DNA of 64,000 bases from Candidatus Levybacteria bacterium RIFCSPHIGHO2_01_FULL_37_17 (GTDB taxonomy: Bacteria > Patescibacteriota > Microgenomatia > Levybacterales > UBA12049): assembly GCA_001782035.1 (NCBI GenBank), contig MFNL01000001.1:84078-148077 (forward strand), given 5' to 3'. A program made the position numbers and the translations under genes. Each line of letters starts with the position of its first letter. Positions within the stretch are counted from its first letter, which is position 1. The notes beneath the pieces are model-generated. The model saw nothing but the letters and a program-made list of their open reading frames with translations, did not search any database and was not told the origin of the DNA. Shown one piece after another: positions 56,960 to 64,000 of the stretch.

Positions 56960-58241
56960 TTTTTGATATCAATCTAGCTACTTTTTCTCCCAGCTCAACT
57001 GCATAATTTGTTCCCCTATCCCATGGATATACCTGTTCGATATTAGCAAGGTAAACATGTTTTAAAGGAGTTTTGAATGGAGGAATCATTTTCGAATAAT
57101 TAGTTGGAATAATAGGTTGTGCAAATGGAGCTTTGAATAGTTCGTATCCGATAAGATTGTCTTTATAATTTAAATTTATCTTTTTTAGAAATGGGTCAAA
57201 TCTTTCAAGCATCTGCTCTTTAGTCATTGAAAAATACTCATCCGTATGTTCTCTATAATTCCCTAAATATAACAGTCGTTCGTTGTCGTAATTTTCTTTG
57301 TCCATAAAATTTGTGTGCTCCACTATTGCCATAACCGGAGCAGTTTTATCACAAACACTCAACCAGTAAGTTCCATCATTGAAAAACGGCTCTCTGAGTC
57401 TGAGGATCAAATTTGTCGCTCCTAAACCCTTAAGTTTTCCAAGTGTATTTTTATAAGTTTCAGGAAGATTGGAAGCGATTTTTAAAAAAAGAAAAGATGG
57501 TGTTGTTACAATAACCACATCGAAGTTTTCAATTTCCAATTTTGAATTTTTAATGTTTCTGAATTTAATTTGTGGTTTGTTTTCTGAACTAAGTTCTAAA
57601 ATTTCTGTTTCAAATAAAACTTTTCCACCTCGTTCTCTAATTTTTCCGACAATACAGTTTGCGAAATTCAGAAATCCTCCTTTGGGATATGCAAGAGAGG
57701 GGGTTCTTTTTTTAATCCTTGCCCAAAACCAGGAAAGAGAAACGTCATTTATATATTTCCCGAACTTATTTACAAATAGAGGTTTCCAAATAAGGCTATA
57801 AGCTTTTAAACCCATAAGTTTGGGTAAAACAATAGAAGCTTTGTATTTCTCGAGAGTTTTCCAAAACGGATAAAACTTAAAAAACGCGATAACTATGCTC
57901 ATTCTTAACCTACTTATTAATGTGAGCAAGGGAAATTTTAAAACAGAAATTGGAGAATCAAGTTGAAATATTTTGTAATTAACAAGTATAGATGTCTTTG
58001 GCCCTTTTATGATGACTTTGTAATTAATTTCCTTAGCCAAATTTAAAACGCTATAGTCGTTAGTAAACCAGTGGTGGTAGTGTTTTTCCAGCGACCACTT
58101 CCAATTATTTTCTTTATATCCAATTGCAAGACCGCCGGGATTTTGATCTTTCTCAAAAACAGTAACATCGTTACCTTTTTTTACTAATTCATAAGCTGCG
58201 GAAAGGCCGGTAAATCCGGCGCCAATTATTGCTACCTTCAT
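56952..58241 (-). CDS. FAD-dependent oxidoreductase (amine oxidase/protoporphyrinogen oxidase-like family)
   Basis: IIGAGFTGLSAA, GGLA, YHHWF, YPWDRGTNYA. Confidence 0.85.
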   Translation of the reverse strand: MKVAIIGAGFTGLSAAYELVKKGNDVTVFEKDQNPGGLAIGYKENNWKWSLEKHYHHWFTNDYSVLNLAKEINYKVIIKGPKTSILVNYKIFQLDSPISVLKFPLLTLISRLRMSIVIAFFKFYPFWKTLEKYKASIVLPKLMGLKAYSLIWKPLFVNKFGKYINDVSLSWFWARIKKRTPSLAYPKGGFLNFANCIVGKIRERGGKVLFETEILELSSENKPQIKFRNIKNSKLEIENFDVVIVTTPSFLFLKIASNLPETYKNTLGKLKGLGATNLILRLREPFFNDGTYWLSVCDKTAPVMAIVEHTNFMDKENYDNERLLYLGNYREHTDEYFSMTKEQMLERFDPFLKKINLNYKDNLIGYELFKAPFAQPIIPTNYSKMIPPFKTPLKHVYLANIEQVYPWDRGTNYAVELGEKVARLISKNA

Positions 58242-58243
58242 AA

Positions 58244-59617
58244 TTAAATAGCTCCCCGGGTCAGAAGGAAGATGAGGCCTCCGAATAGGGTTACTAAGAG
58301 GCCTACAATTGAGAATGTAATTATACTGGAATTGCCCGTTGGAGCAAGGGTAGGCGTTGCAGTTATAACCAGGTTTTGCGCAGGAGCTTGGGTGGGCGTA
58401 GCTGTTAATAAAACTTGCGTTGGCTCTGCGCTAATGCTTAGAGCCGGGGTCGGTGTCGGAGTGGCTGTAATACTTGGCTGAGGTGTAGGAGTAGGAGAAC
58501 CTTTATCTCCTGAAATTTGCGTGCCGGATGCATAAACAGTAAAAGACTGTTTTATAATTTTTATAATACCGGAGGAATCTTTTGTGGTAATTGTTATTGT
58601 ATGCTCTCCGGGAGAAAGATCATTTTGTGGCCTGTAAACCCAATTCCCATTCCCGTCTGCTTTTACTGTTGTTTGAATTTGCTCCTCGGAATTAATAACA
58701 ATTTGTACCTCCTCATTCGGTATAGCAGTCCCTTTAAATTGAGGCTTTTGGTCCGTAAATTCCTGATCTTTTTGAGGGGTCAAAATCTTGGGACCTTCTT
58801 TTGTTGCTTGTCTTATTTCAAAAGGCGGAAAGCCTGATAGTTGTGATGAGGCAGATGCTTGCGGTGCGCTTGCAATAGTAAAGTCATAATCATTTGAAAG
58901 AGTAAAAGTGGGAACCGGATGGGCTTGCAAGCTTGAGAGTTTAACATTTGAAAACATCCCATCCCCGATAGAGAGTAATTTAAAAGAAGTATCAAGTTCC
59001 AGAGCAAAATATGAACTTAAATCTGAGGTTTTTAATGAATTTAGGGGGAGAACGAATGTTCCATCCGGTTTTGTAAGAGTTGAAATAACCTGTGAGCCTT
59101 CCGCCACAACATAAATTAGAGCTTCCTCAGGTGGTATGCCATCTGGTTTAATTACTATTCCACTCATTGGATCTTGCGAAGGAGGTTCGCCTGAGATAAC
59201 CGGACCGGTAGTTACCTCGAAAGGAGAAGAATTATTCGTGTAATTTCCTTTGCCGCTTATAATTACAAAATAATATTTTGTCACAGCAGAAAGATTTCTA
59301 ATTGTAAAATTATGAATCTTACGGGATTCAATTTTACCGAATTCTTGATCTCTATCATCAAGCGCAGACTGTCCTAAATTTGCACTTGTCCCGTAATTTA
59401 TTGCCCCAGTTGTTCTATCATTGGTAAAATATGAAACAGTAAACGATGCGTCTGTAATATTAGATATTCTTACATCCTTGGGCTCTTCGGAGGGCGTTGC
59501 GGATATCGGTAAATAACCTCCTTTTTGCACTAAAAAAGTCGTAGCTCCAATTCCAAGAACAAGAACTAAAATTGCAAAGAGAGTTGGAATTCTTCTATTC
59601 CAGAAACTTTTTTTCAT
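58244..59617 (-). CDS. Surface protein with FN3-like and Ig-like domains, Pro/Thr-rich stalk and C-terminal LPxTG-like anchor
   Basis: VRISNITD..FTVS (FN3); ADGNGNW...GEHTI (Big-like); TPTP repeats; LAPTG plus TM. Confidence 0.75.
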   Translation of the reverse strand: MKKSFWNRRIPTLFAILVLVLGIGATTFLVQKGGYLPISATPSEEPKDVRISNITDASFTVSYFTNDRTTGAINYGTSANLGQSALDDRDQEFGKIESRKIHNFTIRNLSAVTKYYFVIISGKGNYTNNSSPFEVTTGPVISGEPPSQDPMSGIVIKPDGIPPEEALIYVVAEGSQVISTLTKPDGTFVLPLNSLKTSDLSSYFALELDTSFKLLSIGDGMFSNVKLSSLQAHPVPTFTLSNDYDFTIASAPQASASSQLSGFPPFEIRQATKEGPKILTPQKDQEFTDQKPQFKGTAIPNEEVQIVINSEEQIQTTVKADGNGNWVYRPQNDLSPGEHTITITTKDSSGIIKIIKQSFTVYASGTQISGDKGSPTPTPQPSITATPTPTPALSISAEPTQVLLTATPTQAPAQNLVITATPTLAPTGNSSIITFSIVGLLVTLFGGLIFLLTRGAI

Positions 59618-59919
59618 TACAACAAGCTTCCTCCGGGACTTGCTTGAGCACTCTGGGTGCTTGCAATGGGTGGAGTTGGTTGTAGCTCTAATTCGGCAAT
59701 ACTGTCTTCATTTAATTGATAAGAAGGAGAAACGGAACTTCTTGATTTAAGGTCTGATATAGTTTTTTCATCAAAGTCGGGACTTATCGGTTTAATGCTC
59801 ACGTTTAGCGTGCTTGGGATGGTACTTGTAATAAAACTATGGTAGATATTAAAAATTACCCACAAAACGACTATTAGAAGAGTCGGTATAAGAAATACTA
59901 ATATATCATTTTTTTTCAT
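59617..59919 (-). CDS. Single-TM hypothetical protein
   Basis: N-terminal TM; PISPDFD; translationally coupled in the operon. Confidence 0.7.
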   Translation of the reverse strand: MKKNDILVFLIPTLLIVVLWVIFNIYHSFITSTIPSTLNVSIKPISPDFDEKTISDLKSRSSVSPSYQLNEDSIAELELQPTPPIASTQSAQASPGGSLL

Positions 59920-59920
59920 G

Positions 59921-60529
59921 TCATTTTTTAAATATTGCTATCCCCCTAGCAGTCAGTGTTAACGTATTGTTCTCATTTTCCGCCGAAGTTATACTGATAT
60001 CGCTTAAGTCTACAATCCTATCCATTCTTACAGCGCCATTTAAAAATTCTATTAAATTTTCATAACTTCCTTGCATAGAAATATTGAAAGTAAAATAGGA
60101 GAAATCTGCAGAGTCAGAGAAATCGATAGCTTGGATTGATGCAATTGCAAGATTGTTTTCCGTTGCAAGAGCTTGGAGTTGTCCGGTAAGACGCGCAGCC
60201 TCTTCTGTTTTTGGAATCGACGCATAAATGATCGGGAGGTCATTTTTTAGAGTTTCATATTTTGTCTGCAACACCGATAAATTATTTATTTTTTGGTCTA
60301 ACCTTTCTACAACGAAGTTTGCGTCCTCCAATTGCTTTTGAAGGTTTGCAATGGTTGACAATGTGGGGTTTATTGCAAAAATAGCAAGAATCATTATTGC
60401 AATAATTGTGAGCACGATAGTTGTAAACTTTTGTGCTTTTTCCTTCTTAAAATTAGGAAGCAGCTCTAAGTATCTACCATATTGCTCTTTGTTGAATCTT
60501 TTAATTAAACTATTGAATCTGGGTTGCAT
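59921..60529 (-). CDS. pilO: Type IV pilus assembly protein PilO-like
   Basis: TM, coiled coil, IP, GSYENL..FL...RIV ferredoxin-like fold pattern. Confidence 0.8.
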   Translation of the reverse strand: MQPRFNSLIKRFNKEQYGRYLELLPNFKKEKAQKFTTIVLTIIAIMILAIFAINPTLSTIANLQKQLEDANFVVERLDQKINNLSVLQTKYETLKNDLPIIYASIPKTEEAARLTGQLQALATENNLAIASIQAIDFSDSADFSYFTFNISMQGSYENLIEFLNGAVRMDRIVDLSDISITSAENENNTLTLTARGIAIFKK

Positions 60530-61076
60530 ATTTATTTTGAATTGCCTTTATTTCTGCAGATATACCAACCAAGATAACTGCCTTGTTTGTTTTAGTCTCA
60601 ATTTTGTCGATGCTTATGCTTTCAATATTAGGATTAGATTTTAAAGCAGCAACGAAACTACTTAGTGCAGATACTGAATTTACATTCATTTCCATAGATA
60701 GCGTGTTAGAGGATTTAGAAAGCTGAGTAAATGCAATTCCTTCCGGAGCAAGTTGTAGGATTTCGCTGTAAACGTTTAATTTTTTTTGAGAGCTATCTGC
60801 AAAACTCGCTGCAATGGAAAGTCTATCTTGTAAATTTCTGTACTCCTCCTCGTTTTTCTTAAAAGCCTCAACTATTGCCTGTTTTTGCTTAATCTTTGAA
60901 TGTAAGTCAATTAATTGCTGATCAAGTCCAAAACGCCACAGAAAAGCCCCTAAAGCAACGAGTTCGGTGACAATAACCAAAATTCTACCAATACTAAGAA
61001 GCCAATTTATGACTCTTTCGACTGTCTCTCCCTTGTCGCTTTTTACCAAATTAATAGAGCCAAATTTGTTTGGCAT
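60510..61076 (-). CDS. PilN-like protein
   Basis: INL motif near N-terminus, TM, coiled coil; directly upstream of pilO. Confidence 0.65.
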   Translation of the reverse strand: MPNKFGSINLVKSDKGETVERVINWLLSIGRILVIVTELVALGAFLWRFGLDQQLIDLHSKIKQKQAIVEAFKKNEEEYRNLQDRLSIAASFADSSQKKLNVYSEILQLAPEGIAFTQLSKSSNTLSMEMNVNSVSALSSFVAALKSNPNIESISIDKIETKTNKAVILVGISAEIKAIQNKYATQIQ

Positions 61077-61126
61077 AATAAATTTAGTCTAGGGTAATTT
61101 GTGGCTTTTGTCAAAGCAAAAAAGCT

Positions 61127-61399
61127 TTATTTTTTAGCTTTCGAGGGCTTAGAAGTAGTATTTTTATTTTTTACCAATTTTGAAAGTCTCGATTTGATTC
61201 TTGACGCTTTATTTTTATGAATTATATTTTTTTTCGCTGCTTTATCTGCAATTTTAATAGCTTTTTTAATTGATTCTGCCGTAGGCTTATTTTTTATTTG
61301 TTTTAGGACCTGCTTTAGGGAGTTTCTAATTAAATCGTTTCTTTTTTCACGTAAAATATCTTTTCTTAACTTTTTTTTGGCCGATTTGATAACTGGCAT
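61127..61399 (-). CDS. rpsT: 30S ribosomal protein S20
   Basis: MPVIKSAKK, DKAAKKNIIHKNKASRIKSRL. Confidence 0.96.
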   Translation of the reverse strand: MPVIKSAKKKLRKDILREKRNDLIRNSLKQVLKQIKNKPTAESIKKAIKIADKAAKKNIIHKNKASRIKSRLSKLVKNKNTTSKPSKAKK

Positions 61400-61438
61400 G
61401 CGGGTATTTTAGCATGTTATACTGTATAAAACAATATT

Positions 61439-63106
61439 ATGCCTACTGAATTTTTTAAAAAAAGCTTGGGACTTCTTCTGAAAAGACAAAATAATATACT
61501 CTCGGCTGCAGTAGTAATAATGGGTACCATAATATTTTCACAAATTCTGGGTTTAGTTAGGCAGAGGTTGTTAGTCTCTATTTTCGGCGCCTCTGATACG
61601 CTCGGTATTTATTTAGTCTCAACAAGAATTCCAGAATTCTTATTCCAGCTCATTATTGCAGGAGCCCTAACGTCAGCATTCATACCGGTATTTTCCGACT
61701 ACTTAGCTAAAGACAAAGAGGAAGAAGCGAAAAAAATAGCTTCAACACTTTTATTTTTAAGCCTTATTATTTTTTCTGCAATTTCCGTAATATTAATAAT
61801 ATTTGCAAAAGAAATCTCCTCAATTGTAGCCCCTGGTTTTTCGGTAGCTCAAATAGAGTTAATGGCCAATCTTACCCGTATTATAATTTTGGGCGAAATT
61901 ATTTTTATTGCAGGAAGTTTTTTCTCTGCAATTCTGCAATCCTATAATCATTTTTTTATACCAGGCATAGCTTCTGCTCTGTATAACTTTGGAATAATCT
62001 TAGGAATAATTTTGTTGTATCGTTTTTTTGGGATATATTCAGCAGCATATGGTGTAATACTTGGAGCTTTAATTTTTGTCCTTGCGCAAGTTCCAACTAT
62101 TAGATCTTTAGGATTTGGATTTAGACCCAATTTATCGCTGGAATCGGTAAGAAATTCTGCCGTATGGGATGTCTTTAAGCTTATTTGGCCGCGTACTCTA
62201 TCAATTGCTGTTTTTCAGCTTGGAAGCTTAGTTACCGTTACTTTGGTATCTTTTTTACAAAATCCAGGAAGAAACTATGTTATTTATGATTATGCTCAAA
62301 CGCTGGCATTTGCCCCGGTTGCGCTTTTCGGGCAAGCAATTGCACAAGCAAGTTTCCCAGTTTTATCAAAAGAGAAAGACAATCCACAACATTTTAAACT
62401 TACTTTCATGACTAGCTTCAACCAGCTTTTATATTTAATCCTCCCAATCTCTGTTTTACTTTTGGTTTTGCGAATCCCTATAGTCAGACTAATTTACGGC
62501 GCATCTCAATTTGACTGGGAAGCGACTGTTTTAACCGGCAGAACGCTTTCTTTTTTTGCAATTTCCCTTTTTGCTCAAGCTCTTGTTTATTTGGTTTCAA
62601 GAGGATTTTACGCGCTCCACGATACAAAAACACCACTTATTATTGGTACAATTTCTACATTTTTTATGATAATACTTGCCAGCGTTTTAATTTTTTATTA
62701 TAACCTTGGAGTCGAGTCTATCGCGCTCGCTTACTCAGTGGGTTCTATTTTAAATTTCGTAATAATGTTTGTATTCTTGGATATTAAAATCGGAGGATTT
62801 CCTAAAAAGGAGTTTATAATTAGTACTACAAAAATATTGCTTGCAACTTTTTTCACCGCGTTTGCTTTATATATTCCCATAAAACTCTTAGATCAGCTGG
62901 TTTTCGACACCACAAGAACTGTTAATTTAATTCTTTTAACAGGAATTTCTAGCTTTGCTGGGTTATCTTTATACCTTTTTTTAACTTGGCTCTTCAACGT
63001 AAAAGAAGCGACCATGTTTGTTTTACTTTTCAGAAAAATTGGAGATTGGCGCCAAATCCTATCAAAATCCTCAGAGCCAATTGACGCAAACAGATTAAAC
63101 CCATAG
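61439..63106 (+). CDS. murJ: Lipid II flippase MurJ
   Basis: SQILGLVR, GALTSAFIP, RGFYALHDTKTP. Confidence 0.93.
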   Translation: MPTEFFKKSLGLLLKRQNNILSAAVVIMGTIIFSQILGLVRQRLLVSIFGASDTLGIYLVSTRIPEFLFQLIIAGALTSAFIPVFSDYLAKDKEEEAKKIASTLLFLSLIIFSAISVILIIFAKEISSIVAPGFSVAQIELMANLTRIIILGEIIFIAGSFFSAILQSYNHFFIPGIASALYNFGIILGIILLYRFFGIYSAAYGVILGALIFVLAQVPTIRSLGFGFRPNLSLESVRNSAVWDVFKLIWPRTLSIAVFQLGSLVTVTLVSFLQNPGRNYVIYDYAQTLAFAPVALFGQAIAQASFPVLSKEKDNPQHFKLTFMTSFNQLLYLILPISVLLLVLRIPIVRLIYGASQFDWEATVLTGRTLSFFAISLFAQALVYLVSRGFYALHDTKTPLIIGTISTFFMIILASVLIFYYNLGVESIALAYSVGSILNFVIMFVFLDIKIGGFPKKEFIISTTKILLATFFTAFALYIPIKLLDQLVFDTTRTVNLILLTGISSFAGLSLYLFLTWLFNVKEATMFVLLFRKIGDWRQILSKSSEPIDANRLNP

Positions 63107-63117
63107 AATACTCTTTA

Positions 63118-64000
63118 ATGCAAAAAGATAATATCCGCAATTTTGCAATCATTGCACATGTTGACCATGGAAAGTCTACCTTGGCCGACAGATTTTTAGA
63201 AATTACTAAAACAATCTCAAAAGATAAATTAAGAGAACAATTTTTGGATCAAAATCCAATTTCACGGGAAAGGGGAATCACAATAAAACTTGCTCCTGTA
63301 AGAATGGAATTCAATTATATAGAAAAGGTATACACCTTAAACTTAATAGATACTCCAGGACATATGGATTTTACTTATGAAGTTTCCCGAACGCTTGCTG
63401 CATGCGAAGGTGCAATTCTTTTGGTCGATGCGACTAAAGGGGTTCAGGCTCAAACTCTTGCTCATTTTAACTCGGCAAAAACTGAAAATCTTACTATTAT
63501 TCCTGCAATAAACAAAATTGATTCAAATTTTGCAAATGTAAATCAGACGGAAAAGCAACTTGGGGAAATGTTTGGTTTTAGAAAGGAAGAAATTATACAT
63601 GTTTCTGCAAAAACAGGGGAAGGCGTGGAGCAGCTATTGCAGTCTGTTATTAAAAAAGTTCCGCCTCCCAATATATATGAAGGGAGTTTATCGGCTCTTA
63701 TTTTTGACGCAGTATATGATGAGCATAGGGGAGTAATAATTTTCGTAAAACTTGCCGGAGGCAGCGTTAAAAAAGGAGACAAAATAGAATTTTTGCAGGA
63801 GAAAACAGTTTCCGATGTTTTAGAAGTAGGCTTTTTTGCTCCGGGTTTAATAAAAAAAGAAGAACTTACAGCTGGTGAAATTGGATATATTGTCACTGGT
63901 TTAAAAGACATAAAAAGGACAAGAATAGGAGATACAGTTATTCTTTCAAACCTTAACAATTTAAATCTAAAGCCATTTGCAGGCTACAATGTTCCCAAGC
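63118..64000 (+). CDS. lepA: Elongation factor 4 (3' truncated by window edge)
   Basis: Manual translation NIRNFAIIAHVDHGKSTLADR, RERGITIK, NLIDTPGH, NKID; TTGACG-17-TAGAAT promoter. Confidence 0.95.
   Translation, partial: MQKDNIRNFAIIAHVDHGKSTLADRFLEITKTISKDKLREQFLDQNPISRERGITIKLAPVRMEFNYIEKVYTLNLIDTPGHMDFTYEVSRTLAACEGAILLVDATKGVQAQTLAHFNSAKTENLTIIPAINKIDSNFANVNQTEKQLGEMFGFRKEEIIHVSAKTGEGVEQLLQSVIKKVPPPNIYEGSLSALIFDAVYDEHRGVIIFVKLAGGSVKKGDKIEFLQEKTVSDVLEVGFFAPGLIKKEELTAGEIGYIVTGLKDIKRTRIGDTVILSNLNNLNLKPFAGYNVPK

Noticed and set aside
840-63959. Many 60-200 aa antisense or alternate-frame ORFs in the ORF track (e.g. 24137-24640, 25711-26253, 25850-26440, 63543-63959)
   Set aside because: They lie opposite or inside well-supported genes, lack motifs, and are best explained as shadow ORFs.
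1-64000. Alternative genetic code (UGA=Gly, as in Gracilibacteria/Absconditabacteria)
   Set aside because: Conserved genes are full-length in code 11, and several end at TGA at the expected position (rnpA, rnhA, ruvB).

Overview
This is AT-rich, gene-dense bacterial DNA in translation table 11. Gene content (compact ValS, TpiA and Jag, DUF4012, DUF2298, PilN/PilO, FemABX, many short ORFans) suggests a Patescibacteria/CPR genome, probably Microgenomates-like; that assignment is an inference. Core housekeeping blocks: rnpA-yidD-yidC-jag, valS, rplY, ruvCAB, comM, purA, dnaG-rpoD, pcrA, tpiA, rpsT, murJ and lepA. A central accessory region (about 22.6-48.6 kb) holds many small stress and detox genes, tRNA-Asn(GTT), a CsoR-regulated copper operon with a clear operator, and NiSOD with its maturation protease. 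The most unusual signal is that the small accessory genes are bounded by short repeats. Five 20-bp promoter-overlapping repeats lie at gene junctions (26.4-29.0 kb). An exact 17-bp direct repeat of a -10 promoter element brackets one promoter-plus-gene unit (29.4-30.2 kb). A second family of tRNA-3'-end-like repeats follows tRNA-Asn (34.2-36.3 kb). Together these suggest gene-cassette capture arrays, although no integrase is present in the window. Many genes appear leaderless, with a -10 box 6-10 nt before the start codon. No CRISPR array, rRNA, transposase or integrase was seen.
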